A stretch of 63,024 bases of DNA, counting the filler, from Stramenopiles sp. TOSAG23-3 (lineage: Eukaryota): assembly GCA_900128585.1 (NCBI GenBank). It is 15 parts of 15 records of this genome, joined end to end, with 100 filler letters (N's around TTAATTAATTAA, not from the genome) between each part and the next. Parts side by side here need not be neighbours in the genome. Positions count along the whole stretch, not along the records: positions 8,454 to 12,575 come from LT643943.1; positions 12,676 to 16,797 come from LT643944.1; positions 16,898 to 21,019 come from LT643945.1; positions 21,120 to 25,236 come from LT643946.1; 11 more parts are not named here. The stretch is one strand, 5' to 3'. Below the pieces are notes generated by a model that had not been told where the DNA came from, did not search any database, and saw nothing but the letters and a program-made list of their open reading frames with translations. The first letter of the stretch is position 1; every line of letters begins with the position of its first letter. The translations under genes and the position numbers were made by a program. This document shows, piece after piece, positions 10,482 through 21,470 of this stretch.

Positions 10482-11324
10482 TTACTCCTTGTCCTCTTTT
10501 GCCTCTATGTGCACAATATCAGGTGTGGCGGGTGTCATTTGGTCCCACGGGGAGGCAAAATCGAAAGTGCGAAACTCTTGCGCTAGTTCTAAAGGCCTCA
10601 TGACAATGGCCTTCTCTTTCTCGTCGTATTCAGCCGAATCGTACCCGGTCAATGGGAAATCCTTTCGCATGGGATGCCCATCGAACCCGTAATCGGTCAA
10701 GATGCGCCTCAAGTCGGAGTGATTATTGAAAAATATACCAAACAAATCGAACACCTCACGCTCGTACCACCCTGCAGCGCTGAACAGTTCCGTGGCCGAG
10801 TCCACTGGTTGAAGCTCCGCCACGGAGGTCTTGACGCGGATGCGGGTGTTGTACTTGACGCTGAGCAAGTTGTAGACCATCTCAAACCTTGCGTCGCGCT
10901 CTGGGTAGTCTACCGCGCACAGACTCGTCATGCATTTGTACTGGCAGTTCGTGTGGTCCCTTAGGAACAACAGGACTTCGAGAACCGAGGATGGGTCAAT
11001 AATTAAAGTTAACTCCTCGTTTACGCACTGGGCTTCGTAAATGGAGTGCGGCAGCATGTTTATGAGTGACTGGCCAAACGCTAAGGTGAGGTTGCCGTCG
11101 CCGGGGGCAGGTTCCTCCGCGCCAGCGTCCGTGGAGAACGCCTTGGAGGAGGGTGACACCGCGGCGTTGATGCCCCCAGCGTTAAACCTAGGGACACTAA
11201 GACTATTGCGCTGTGCAACCCCGTTCGAAAACACAAGCGAGCGTGCACCACGAGAGGCGGTCGTTAGCCTCCGAGCGGACGTTGCCGCCCGAAGGAAAAC
11301 TTTGTTAAACACTAAAGCACTCAT
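10482..11324 (-). CDS. NDUFS3: NADH:ubiquinone oxidoreductase 30-kDa subunit (Nad9/NuoC), nuclear-encoded with presequence
   Basis: CAVDYPERDARFEMVYNLLS and WYEREVFDLFGIFFNNHSDLRRILTDYGFDGHPMRKDFPLTGY; ~65-aa Arg/Ser/Ala-rich N-terminal targeting peptide. Confidence 0.95.
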   Translation of the reverse strand: MSALVFNKVFLRAATSARRLTTASRGARSLVFSNGVAQRNSLSVPRFNAGGINAAVSPSSKAFSTDAGAEEPAPGDGNLTLAFGQSLINMLPHSIYEAQCVNEELTLIIDPSSVLEVLLFLRDHTNCQYKCMTSLCAVDYPERDARFEMVYNLLSVKYNTRIRVKTSVAELQPVDSATELFSAAGWYEREVFDLFGIFFNNHSDLRRILTDYGFDGHPMRKDFPLTGYDSAEYDEKEKAIVMRPLELAQEFRTFDFASPWDQMTPATPDIVHIEAKEDKE

Positions 11325-11557
11325 TTTGTTTTTGTTTTTTTACTTTAACAATCTACCAGATACAAAGGAAGAAACAGAAACTGACAGGGATTCACGTGAG
11401 TCTGATACCGTTGCTTGACTATCGTTTCATTTCATTTCACATTCTCCTCTTCTTCTTTTGATAATCATAATTAATCAACATCATTCTTCTTTGTTTGTAT
11501 TATTATTTATACTTCTTTTTTTTCTCAAATCATTATTATTTATTATTTATTTATTAT

Positions 11558-11957
11558 TAGAAAGAAGAAGAAGAAGAAGAAAGAATAAGTAGAAAAAAAA
11601 AAAAGAAGAATAATATAAGTATTAGAAAAAAAAGAAGAAGAAGAAAGAGAGGAGGAGAACGAAAAAAGAAGAAGGAATATATAATAAAAGAAGAAAGAAA
11701 AAGAAGAAAGAAAGGAAGGAAGAAGAGGAGGAGGAAGGAATAAATAACAAAAAAAAAGAAGAAGAATAGAAAGAAGAAGAAGAGAATAGAAAGAAAGAAG
11801 AAGAAGAGAATAGAAAGAAAGAAAGAAGAAGAAGAAGAGAAAGAAAGAAAGATAGAAGAATTAGAAAGAAAGAAAGAAGAAGGAAGGAAGGAAGAAGAAG
11901 AAGGAAGGAAGGAAGGAATATTAAATAACAAAGAAGAAAGAAGAAGAAAGAAAAAAA
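11558..11957. repeat. ~400-bp degenerate GAA/GAAA/GGAA purine tract
   Basis: Directly visible; almost no C on the + strand. Confidence 0.9.
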
Positions 11958-12502
11958 GAGAATATTTTATTTATTAGGAAGAAGGAAGCAAACTAAGGAT
12001 TCTAAAATATTTTATGTACTATACATAGTATATACTAATTTAAATAATATAATTATTATAATAACAAAATAAAAAGAAAAAAAAAGGAATAGAGACTAAT
12101 TTAAACTAATTAGGAATTTAACTGTCTATCTCTCCTCTCCGTCCGTCCGTCCATCCGTCAGTCCATTTGGTATTTAATCTCCCAGTGTTGTGTCCTATTA
12201 AATGTTAAATATTAAAATATTAAATTAAAAATGGGTGGTTTGATTTTCAACCATCAAATACAACTAAAAAAATTGAAAGCCTTGCTGAAGAAAGATGAAA
12301 TACTAAGTATAAGATTTCACTAGTCTTTCTTAATATAATCCTATCTAATCTAATATTTAGTATTGTATCAACATTTCATAGAGATTTATTACAATTTTAA
12401 TACAATTTATATATCTATAAATACTAACTATTACATTATTATACTAGTATTATGTACTTATAGTTATTTATTCTCTATTAATGAACTATATGATGATCTT
12501 CC

Positions 12503-12574
<72 letters not shown>

Positions 12575-12675
12575 TNNNNNNNNNNNNNNNNNNNNNNNNN
12601 NNNNNNNNNNNNNNNNNNNTTAATTAATTAANNNNNNNNNNNNNNNNNNNNNNNNNNNNNNNNNNNNNNNNNNNN

Positions 12676-13940
12676 AAGACGGCCAAGACGGAGCTCCCAA
12701 TCGAGCCCAAGATTGTCAGGATTTTAGTCATTGCACGGTTTCGGGAGTAAGCAGGTAGACGGCGTCGGTAAAATTTCAACATGGGCTCTAGTCGAAATCG
12801 CAAGTACTCTTCCGGCCGAAGTGGGCTGTGGTGATTATCGACTTCTTCGTGTGGTGAAACCTTTAGCTTCCGTTTCACGGCCGACCGACACAAACAGCAG
12901 CAGAGCGCCCTATCGCCAAATTGTCCGTGCCTTTTCCACATAGATTTGGGCTTTGAGTAGAAAGTGGTATGGCGCATATCCCCAGACTGGAGCGTTGTTT
13001 CTTCGCTGTCTTTCAGTGTTTTGTGAAACATCTTTTCCGCATTCCGGGACGTTGCCGATCGAATATCCCTGTATTTTCCCGTTCGGGTTCGAAACTGCCA
13101 GATTTCAGACTCAATTTCTAGGGCTGCAGATCGCAGGTAGTGCCAACGCGCTGCCGGGTTTAAAAACGAAGTCAAGCCTGCAATTACCGTGTTGATTAAT
13201 GACAGTCCGACTATCAGGTAGTTGCCCATCACACCGTCCAATGGGAGCGGAGATCCATGCGTCATCATCAAGCCGACGCCGACGATCCCAATGGATACAA
13301 GCAGCATAATAATGTAGCATATTTTAGCCGTCCATTTATTAAAGGCCGCGGAGCTGTGGTAGGAGTCAACGAGGCACCATGCATGCTGAATTAGCGACAA
13401 GGCCTCCCGTGTATGTTTATCGGGCAAGTTGTCTATCCTTGCGACGTTGTTCATTATCAATGAAATCCCTTGCAGGTCATAAATGCTATCGGCAAAACAA
13501 TTTTTGCTTGTCAAAATGTCGTACACCGCCGTCCATTCGTCGATACTTCGGTTTGTCTTCCCTTTGGTTTGTTTGTGGTATGCTTCCCATTGCTGCAACT
13601 TTGTTTTTGCCTCATCCAACCGTTTGTCTGTCAACAGCCCTTTTGACTCTTCGCCAAACCCAGCAAAGTCCCCTTCTGCCCACTGTGGATCCCGCCCCTT
13701 TATGTACGCCTTCATTTGGTTGATTTTTGTGGGAATTCTAAATTCACTATCAATTTTGAAAAAAATATGAGCCAGGTTCTTCTCATCTTGGTCGTCATGA
13801 ATGGTGCTGTGAATCCCAGCAAACCCCGATGACCCGTCCAACGCTTCATTTTCCGCGGCAATGGCGTCGAAGAGACACAGTCGCCGCTGCGGTCTCTCAT
13901 TCTTGCGGTGCTTGCTCGTAAAATCTCTCAAAGCGCGCAA
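12676..13940 (-). CDS. Partial SLATT/DUF4231-like two-TM effector domain protein (tandem domains)
   Basis: A TM pair followed by NPAARWHYLRSAALEIESEIWQFRTRTGKY, then a second unit beginning YLRFRLEPMLKFYRRR plus a TM helix. The 3' end is cut by the contig edge and there is no ATG at the 5' end of the ORF. Confidence 0.6.
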
Positions 13941-14253
13941 AAAAGAGAAGAAGAAGAAGAAGTTTTTTTTTTATTATAAAGTATATAATACTACAGTATT
14001 ACTGGTAGAATTTATTATAATAATTTTAAGTATGTAACAAATTGAAATTTGGAATGAAACTCTGAATAGGTAGGGAGGGAGAAAGTGCCGAACGAGTTTT
14101 AAAGTTCAGTCTACTTGTGTATCTTTACATCATATAAAGGAAAAGACAAGATTCAGAGATTGATTTTATCAGGACGCTGCTAGACCAAACCAGACCAGAC
14201 CATTTTATACCGTTCGAGGACAACCGAAAAGCCAACGTTTAAACTACAAAACC

Positions 14254-14559
14254 ATGTCTATGAATTTGCGTGTGAAACGGCAAAAGGATACCGTGTTTCT
14301 TCGCGTCAACCCGACCGATTCTTTTGCCCAGGTAAAGTTAAAATTAGGAGGGGTTCTGGGTAGAGATTCGAACAATTTGCGAATCATAGGTAGTGATAAA
14401 GAGCGAGTTTTTGAAGACGAAGCGACCGTGGGCGACCAAGAAGTCGAAAACGACGCCATTGTTTACGTAGTCTATCGTTTGGGTGAAGGAGAAACATGGG
14501 AAATTATCGAGGTCGCCACCCCCGGGGAAGGAGAAGAGGGGAAAGAGCAACACAAGTAA
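14254..14559 (+). CDS. ELOB: Ubiquitin-like protein, Elongin B-like
   Basis: 101 aa; LRVKRQKDTVFL..PTDSFAQVK..LRI..FEDEATVGDQEVENDAIVYVVYR..WE matches the Elongin B-type Ubl pattern. Confidence 0.7.
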   Translation: MSMNLRVKRQKDTVFLRVNPTDSFAQVKLKLGGVLGRDSNNLRIIGSDKERVFEDEATVGDQEVENDAIVYVVYRLGEGETWEIIEVATPGEGEEGKEQHK

Positions 14560-15094
14560 TTGCGTTAACGAAAACTAAGTAAAGTTTCTTTTTATTCATT
14601 CACAAAAACATTTCTTCTAGAAAATGTCCTTGCAGTTAGTAATAATAATTAGTCGCCGCATTTATTATTATTATACCAAGGTATTATTATTATTGGGGAT
14701 CATCATTTGTTGTTAGATAATTTGATCGAACCTTACGTTAATTCTTATCCTACTTCTTAACTGTACTTGAAATAATTTATAAATATACATTTACATACCT
14801 ATCAAATAACATATTTAAGCATAATTCCTCAGCTCTACTCCTCCCACCACATCATTCATCACACATTCCATATCATCAATCATCAACAAAAAAATAATAA
14901 TAATAATAATAATGGAATTAATAAGAGGAGTTTCTTGGCCGAGTAGTACTTTTCTTGTTGCAATAAAATGTTGTTTCTTTTTATTTATAAAAGAAGTAAA
15001 TTAATACGTCCTGTGTAAATAGTTCCTCCCTACAGGTTAGAAAACAAATAGAGAAACATTCGAGGGAGATCGGTAGAAAAATACACACCACACC

Positions 15095-16222
15095 ATGGCA
15101 TCATTAGTAGCAAGTGCCGGTGGTTCTTCCACGAATGGTCTTCTGGTCAAACCAACGAGAAAGCACGTCGACAACTGCCAGTTTACGTCCTGGTTTTCGT
15201 TGCACGGGATAAAGAAGGTGACTTTTCGATCGATAACAATTCCAATTCCCGAAGAATTTGTACAGTATTTGAACGAAGATGGGGTTATTTTACCAAAGGT
15301 CCCGGACGGGGTGAGCGTGAACCCCTTCGACCCTCGGTATGTGAGGGAGACGAAAGATGACGACTGGGCGGACGAAGACTACGACGATAGTGACGAGAGC
15401 GACGAGGAGGGGGGCGCTGCCGCGACGAAGAAATCGTTTCCCGGCTTTGAGGCTGCAATTTTAAAGGCAATAGAAAAACTAGGGGGGAAGGTGTTCGTGA
15501 AGACGAATTGGAGCTCACCCAGGGATGCGGTATGGGTGAGCGGCACGCTGCAGTGCCAGTCCGTGGGCGAAATTATTTTGCTGCTGAAAAGCTCCGATTT
15601 CGTCTCCTTTGACTTGGAGCACGCGTACGACGAATGCCGGGAAGAGAGCACGGAGGGAGAAAGCGTGCGTAACGCGTCCAAGAGACCGGAGCATTTTTGT
15701 CTAGTCTTGAGAAAGTGGTGCAATCTGTTCCCGTCCCAAGAATTCCGTTGCTTTGTAAAGGACAGGCAATTGATCGCGACCTCGCAGCGCGACCCGACGA
15801 AGTTTTACAACTTTTTGCCCTCCAACGTAAGCACGTACAGCCCCTTGGTTTCCGAATTCTTCGACACGTCCATACGCCCCGTTTTCCCCGACGACAATTT
15901 TTCTTTTGACGTGTACATTGACCGAAAGCACCGCGTGTGGCTCCAAGACTTTAATGTCTTCAGCAGGGCAACGAACGCACTTCTCTTTACGTGGGCGGAA
16001 CTGCTGGCCGTCGATACACAGGAAGCCGATGCCGTTGCTAATGAGTTCCGGGTCGTCCAAGACCCCAGCGGGGTCCAGTCGTCCCAGTTGGCTGCGCACA
16101 AAGTACCAGCCGACGTCGTAAACGACCCGAACAATTTCATAAAGGAGTTCGTTGAGTCGTGCAGAAACGGCACCCTGAACGTGCAGTCGAACGGGAACGT
16201 GGATGATGAAGGGGGACAGTGA
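15095..16222 (+). CDS. CDC123: Cell division cycle 123 / eIF2 assembly factor (D123, ATP-grasp)
   Basis: CQFTSW, VFVKTNWSSPRDAVW, LLLKSSDFV, LVLRKW..EFRCFV..SQRD, FDVYID..DFNVF..LLFTW. Confidence 0.93.
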   Translation: MASLVASAGGSSTNGLLVKPTRKHVDNCQFTSWFSLHGIKKVTFRSITIPIPEEFVQYLNEDGVILPKVPDGVSVNPFDPRYVRETKDDDWADEDYDDSDESDEEGGAAATKKSFPGFEAAILKAIEKLGGKVFVKTNWSSPRDAVWVSGTLQCQSVGEIILLLKSSDFVSFDLEHAYDECREESTEGESVRNASKRPEHFCLVLRKWCNLFPSQEFRCFVKDRQLIATSQRDPTKFYNFLPSNVSTYSPLVSEFFDTSIRPVFPDDNFSFDVYIDRKHRVWLQDFNVFSRATNALLFTWAELLAVDTQEADAVANEFRVVQDPSGVQSSQLAAHKVPADVVNDPNNFIKEFVESCRNGTLNVQSNGNVDDEGGQ

Positions 16223-16410
16223 GGGGAGTCGCACCGGGGGCAAGGTTAACTCCAAGAAAAAACAATATTTTTGTGTCAACAAATGTATGATTTGACCCGA
16301 GTAGGAGGTAAGCGGAAGTTTAGCTTTTACGCCCACAGTAAATTAAATCTTTACTATTTCTTATTTTGATGATAAATTCAGGATATGAACCCCCATAAAA
16401 TACGGGTAGG

Positions 16411-16782
16411 TCAGTACATGAACATAAAGCACGCAACAAACAATATTGCACAAGCGAAAGCGTACTCCAAAAATGCTTGCTGCTCGGTCTTCCCCAAAAA
16501 CTGTTTTTTGTTCGCCGCATCCGTTTGCATGCGAAGGGACAGTGTGCAGGCAAAGAGCCCGAAGGAGCAAAACACCGATCCCAAAAAAGCATTGAACGGG
16601 TACGCGCCCGATATTGCGCAGTATACGCACTGGATCGTACCAACAGCAAGGAGAAAGACAAGAAAACGATCAATCAACCGCTGTTTGTTGGAGGTACGAC
16701 CGTTGTACCCTTTCCGAAAGGCCTGGACGACTTGCGCAAAGGACGCGTCCGACGTACTCTTGCTAACCTTCGACGAGGGCAT
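16411..16782 (-). CDS. DAD1: Oligosaccharyltransferase subunit DAD1/OST2
   Basis: LIDRFLVFL..IQCVYCAISGAYPFNAFLGSVF..LRMQT..AFLEY; three TM helices; starts next to the contig edge. Confidence 0.9.
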   Translation of the reverse strand: MPSSKVSKSTSDASFAQVVQAFRKGYNGRTSNKQRLIDRFLVFLLAVGTIQCVYCAISGAYPFNAFLGSVFCSFGLFACTLSLRMQTDAANKKQFLGKTEQQAFLEYAFACAILFVACFMFMY

Positions 16783-17215
16783 CTCTGGACAACAAACNNN
16801 NNNNNNNNNNNNNNNNNNNNNNNNNNNNNNNNNNNNNNNNNTTAATTAATTAANNNNNNNNNNNNNNNNNNNNNNNNNNNNNNNNNNNNNNNNNNNNTGT
16901 CAATTAAAATTTATCTTCCTCATGTACCGTGGATGTGCATCTGCTCACCTTTGGTCCATTAAAGGTTTACGTTCCTTCATGAACTGCCAACTTATCTCTG
17001 CTCCTGTAATTTCACTAATCAAATATACACTCTTGTCACTCAGTCTAGACTATCATTCTTTGATGTGCTCCATGCATAATCTGTATAAGTATTTGGATAT
17101 GCGGCATTATTTTTTAATTCGTACAAATTGTATGCGCAAGATATAGTAGGAACCCCCAGTACGTGTGACGTTTAAACAGTAAAGTTTTGTAGCAGCACAC
17201 ACTGCCCTGGTTTGG

Positions 17216-17479
17216 TCAGGATACCAGCCAGGAGACGGCAAATATGACCGCATAGACGGTGCCAGCAAATGCTAAAACGCCAAATTCAGCTTTTACAGAA
17301 GTTTTACTTTTTATTACCCCCTTCTTATCATTCCTGTTATTTACAACCACCATCAACGCCGACAAACACACTAGTCCCGCCAATACCAGGAGGGCCCCTC
17401 GATTATTTGCTATTGAATCATACAGCTTCGTGTTCAGGTTACCAAACAACGACAAATCGAATTGATTCAGCAAACCCAT
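17216..17479 (-). CDS. Hypothetical small two-TM protein (87 aa)
   Basis: ATG-started ORF with two hydrophobic helices and no recognisable motif; it may be an exon or C-terminus of a gene broken by the gap at 17648. Confidence 0.35.
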   Translation of the reverse strand: MGLLNQFDLSLFGNLNTKLYDSIANNRGALLVLAGLVCLSALMVVVNNRNDKKGVIKSKTSVKAEFGVLAFAGTVYAVIFAVSWLVS

Positions 17480-18010
17480 TCAAAATTTTATTTCATAATT
17501 CCCGGCCATACACATCTCTACTTTATTTGAATGTTTGAACAACGTGACTTTGCTCAGCAACTTTCACCAGTTTGCTGTACAAACGAGTTGGGCACCGATA
17601 CACGGGTAGCTCGAGAATAAAAGTTTGACCTCACCAAAAAAGAAGAANNNNNNNNNNNNNNNNNNNNNNNNNNNNNNNNNNNNNNNNNNNNNNNNNNNNN
17701 NNNNNNNNNNNNNNNNNNNNNNNNNNNNNNNNNNNNNNNNNNNNNNNNNNNNNNNNNNNNNNNNNNNNNNNNNNNNNNNNNNNNNNNNNNNNNNNNNNNN
17801 NNNNNNNNNNNACAGTTAAACACTACATAATACGTAGGTGTATAATATGAAATAGCAGCACGAAGCAAGTAATAATAATAAATACAAATCTGTGCAGAAG
17901 AAGAGCTGGTCTGGTGGTGGTGCTAAATATAATTGTTATAAACGAATTATCATATAATAAACAACCATTTATTTTGTTTTTAAAAAACTTACTCTCTTCC
18001 ACACTACAGT

Positions 18011-19114
18011 TTAAACACCGTTCTGCCGGGGACTCTGGTTGTCCACAGCCTCTGTAATAACAGACTCTACCACTTTCTGGCTTGCTAAAGAAATTTTGTC
18101 CCTTGGGCTTAAGGCCTTCGGCTCCGTAGACTCGAGGAAAGGGGGAGATGGGTCGTAAAAGAGTGCTGGTGGCAGAAACTCTTCATGGTGGGCTCGCCGG
18201 ACCTTGAGCTCTTCGCCGACGATACACTTTGCTCGGACCTTCTCCCCATAACTCGCTTGTGCCCCGTCTAATTGAACTACGTCTGGCAAACGCAGCAGGA
18301 TCCTGGACCTGTAATGGGACAAGTTTTCGATGGGGTTTCCCGCAAATGACACAACGCGGAGAAGTTCAAGGCTGGAAAGTGGCAACAAGGCATCAAAACG
18401 AACAATCCAATTTTCCTTCGCCGACACCGAATTTAACCACATGCAGTCGGACAACGGGCCCAAGTCTCCAATGCGGTTTTGATCCAATGCAATGTCCCTA
18501 AGTCCTACCAACGACGCCAGGGGGGATATGTCGCTTATGGCGTTCCCGGAGAGATCTAGGTTTTCTATCATTGGGGGCACACCTTCGCAGGATTTCAGGC
18601 AATTACCTACAAGCTTCAAAGTCTTCAGATTTTCTAAGTTTTCCACACCAGTGATTTTCTGGATTTTGTTATTCGACAAGTCAAGGTATGACAGCGCCAT
18701 GAAGAGCTGCAGGTCCCTGATGTGAAATATGTTGTTCCGGGACAGATTGGCCCGTTGTAGTACAGGTCCTATGTAACAGTTGCTTACGTCAAGGGTTTGA
18801 TCTTCCAGGGTGCCGTCCGGGGTGTCAAAGTCCAACACTTGAGTTAGCTGGTTGTTGCTGGCATCAAGCTCGTGCATGCTGTGGAGGGAGGCTAGTGGCG
18901 CGAGTGTTGTAACCTTTGTATCGTTTATTTTCACGGTCTGCAACGAGACCATCTTCGATATTATCGATATATCATTTATTTCGGCGTTTCCTGGGGGCAT
19001 GCAAAAATTGCAGATGGCATGGGAACCGTACAACCCTAACTTTGAGGTTTGCAAGCCGCAGCCTTGCTCCAAAGTGCTTTGTTCCAGGGGAACCGTAGCG
19101 CTTTCCTCTGCCAT
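18011..19114 (-). CDS. SDS22-type leucine-rich repeat protein with LRRcap (LRGUK/LRRC23-like, probably ciliary)
   Basis: Repeated LxxLDLSxNxI units; GNPIENLSHYRSRILLRLPDVVQLDG cap followed by EKVRA. First ATG is 19114. Confidence 0.8.
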   Translation of the reverse strand: MAEESATVPLEQSTLEQGCGLQTSKLGLYGSHAICNFCMPPGNAEINDISIISKMVSLQTVKINDTKVTTLAPLASLHSMHELDASNNQLTQVLDFDTPDGTLEDQTLDVSNCYIGPVLQRANLSRNNIFHIRDLQLFMALSYLDLSNNKIQKITGVENLENLKTLKLVGNCLKSCEGVPPMIENLDLSGNAISDISPLASLVGLRDIALDQNRIGDLGPLSDCMWLNSVSAKENWIVRFDALLPLSSLELLRVVSFAGNPIENLSHYRSRILLRLPDVVQLDGAQASYGEKVRAKCIVGEELKVRRAHHEEFLPPALFYDPSPPFLESTEPKALSPRDKISLASQKVVESVITEAVDNQSPRQNGV

Positions 19115-20210
19115 TCTTTTTCGCAAAATTATTAAAAAACCAAACTAGCACAGCGGCGATTAAATATTTCGGTTGTTTGGCTTGCCCCTTTCCAAATTTT
19201 CCATGTAAAGATTTTTTTCCATGGCCCGAAACAACAACCCTTGCCCCCGCCACGATTCTGCAAACAGTGCAACGACAACGAACGAACGAAGAGAGAAAGA
19301 AACCCCGAAGAAATATACTATTATACCTGTTCCAGTAGTATGATTATAATAATTCCAAATTATACTACCTGGTATACAGTACTGTATGTACAATTACATT
19401 TTATTTTCTTCAACGGAGGAGGATGACTAATCTAAAATGATCAACATGGGGAGAGCAAGGAGTATAACCTGATCTGACGGATGGATCGATCAGCAGAAGA
19501 AAGGATAGAAAAGGTTGGGAAAAAAAGAAACGGCTTGTTATTTCCAACAGGTAGGTAGTGTAGGTATTATATACAAGGCACAGCGAAGAAAAAGAAGCAG
19601 TCAAAAACAATCCAAATTGAAAACAATCATTTCATTTGATCTTTTCTTCTTTTCTTCCTGCCTCCTTCTTCATAACCGATATACATCCTATGTAATATTT
19701 ATAGTATGATAGTGTACTTAAATACGTTTGTAGTGTTTCATAATCTATGCTTCAAGAAACTAACACAGTGATGCATTATATTAACACAAAATAGGGACGA
19801 AAAATCATGTTAACTATGCAAAGCCCGGATTGATAGGGAACATCATGTATGAAATAGGACTACAATAATATCATAGTGGTGGCGGTCATAGGTACCGTGG
19901 AGGAGTATCCAAAAAAAATACGAAACATGATGGAAGGAAATCGGGGCCAGATACGCCAGAGAGGGAAAAGAAATACATTTAGTAGAGACAGGCTAAAGAA
20001 AGAAATCCATATAGTTCTGTTTAAATTCTATTGCAAAATACAAGAAGCAATGCCCAAGGGGCACGCCCCGAGGGTGAACACTTTCATAATTCATAACTAT
20101 AACAGGTAGTGGTGGCACGCGCGCCCGCCCCTACCGAAGCACAGTTGCCCCAAACACACAGTTTCCTTCCCCGTACAGACCGGACTTCCTTGCTAGAAAA
20201 ACACAGCAAC

Positions 20211-20417
20211 TTAGTGGTGGTCCCCACCGGCAGCGTTGTGGCGTGCATGATGGGCTTTGTTTTCAATAAACAACCCAACGACAAATACCCATCCCATGGC
20301 GTGCCCAATAGGAGCGAACTGCCCCTTTTGGATCCTTGGCCGGTAGTTCACCAACCACCTATTGTAATTGGCACCCAACATAGCCGGGTTCACTTTGTTA
20401 AGAAGTCTTCCAAACAT
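20211..20417 (-). CDS. Probable mitochondrial ATP synthase subunit f
   Basis: 68 aa: W..NYRPRIQKGQFAPIGHAMGWVFVVGLFIE followed by a His-rich tail, resembling the P-x-x-H + single TM + His-rich tail pattern of subunit f. Confidence 0.55.
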   Translation of the reverse strand: MFGRLLNKVNPAMLGANYNRWLVNYRPRIQKGQFAPIGHAMGWVFVVGLFIENKAHHARHNAAGGDHH

Positions 20418-21120
20418 TTTGTTCAATAAAAAAAGGCAAAAAGTAACTTTAATTGTTAAAAGAATGATCAGAATGGAGTGGCGGGAAGTGGGTGCTATTT
20501 CAAATTCGTTTTTTATCAATCTAAACGAATCCCTCCTCAACTCTAACAAACCTTTCATTTCGTCCGTCCGTCCGTCCGTCCGTCCACATCATTATTTTGT
20601 AATTTTATTTTATTATAATAATAAAATAATTATAATAGATCCTTTGTTCTTGCTATGATGATGTTATTTTTTAATAAAAAAAAATAATTAAAAAGAAGAA
20701 GAAAGAAAGAAAAAAATCATTTTTGTTGTTGTTGTTTCGTATTTGGTGATGCTGTGTGGTGTTGTTGTATTGGAAAAAATTAGAGGATGCAAGACCGATA
20801 CATTTGCTTTTCTCCTACTATTTCTATGTTATTTATTTATAGCAATGAAGGAAAAGGAAAATTTGTTTTTATTTACTGCATTATTTATTAGGCTATAATA
20901 CGTATGTGTGGTGTTCCTTGTAATGTAAACGAGTTATTTTTAGATAGGTATAACAAACATAAAAGAATACAAAAAAACGTTTAAAAAATGGTTTTAATTA
21001 AAATGTTAAAAATCCATTTNNNNNNNNNNNNNNNNNNNNNNNNNNNNNNNNNNNNNNNNNNNNTTAATTAATTAANNNNNNNNNNNNNNNNNNNNNNNNN
21101 NNNNNNNNNNNNNNNNNNNG

Positions 21121-21291
21121 CTTTCGGGGGAAGCGACGGCTGAACTCATTTTAGAGAGATTGTCTGGGCCCTCAAAGAGCGTGTTTACGTACCTTCCTAA
21201 AAGCATAAAAAGTCAACTCTTGCTCGATCGCGATTCCCATGGAAACGTAATTGTCAGCCGAAAAATTGGCTGTTATTTAAGTACGTTTTAA
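21121..21291 (+). pseudogene. Fragment of pyrophosphate-dependent phosphofructokinase (PFP)
   Basis: My translation from the contig edge is [47 protein letters not shown], matching the PFP motif QLLLDRDPHGNVQVS. Similarity then ends and a TAA occurs at 21289-21291. It is not in the ORF track. Confidence 0.6.
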
Positions 21292-21470
21292 TAAGCATAC
21301 TATATAATTTGGTTTTTTTAAGAGTACGTGTTTAAAAATTAAAAACAAAATAATGGCGGCTGCCATTTCAGTATTTATCTTAACAGCTGTGTCTCAAGAA
21401 TTCTTTAAAAAAATGTGCACGCTATTAACGTGTTGACTGCGTAACCTACGATATGCAAACATCTCTCTCT

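Noticed and set aside
11557-11931. Phe/Ser/Leu-rich ORF (also 58160-58411 and 59057-59470)
   Set aside because: Translations of GAA/CTT microsatellites.
19430-19480. ATGAT...CTGA resembling a C/D snoRNA
   Set aside because: Box C is non-canonical, there is no terminal stem and no convincing guide.
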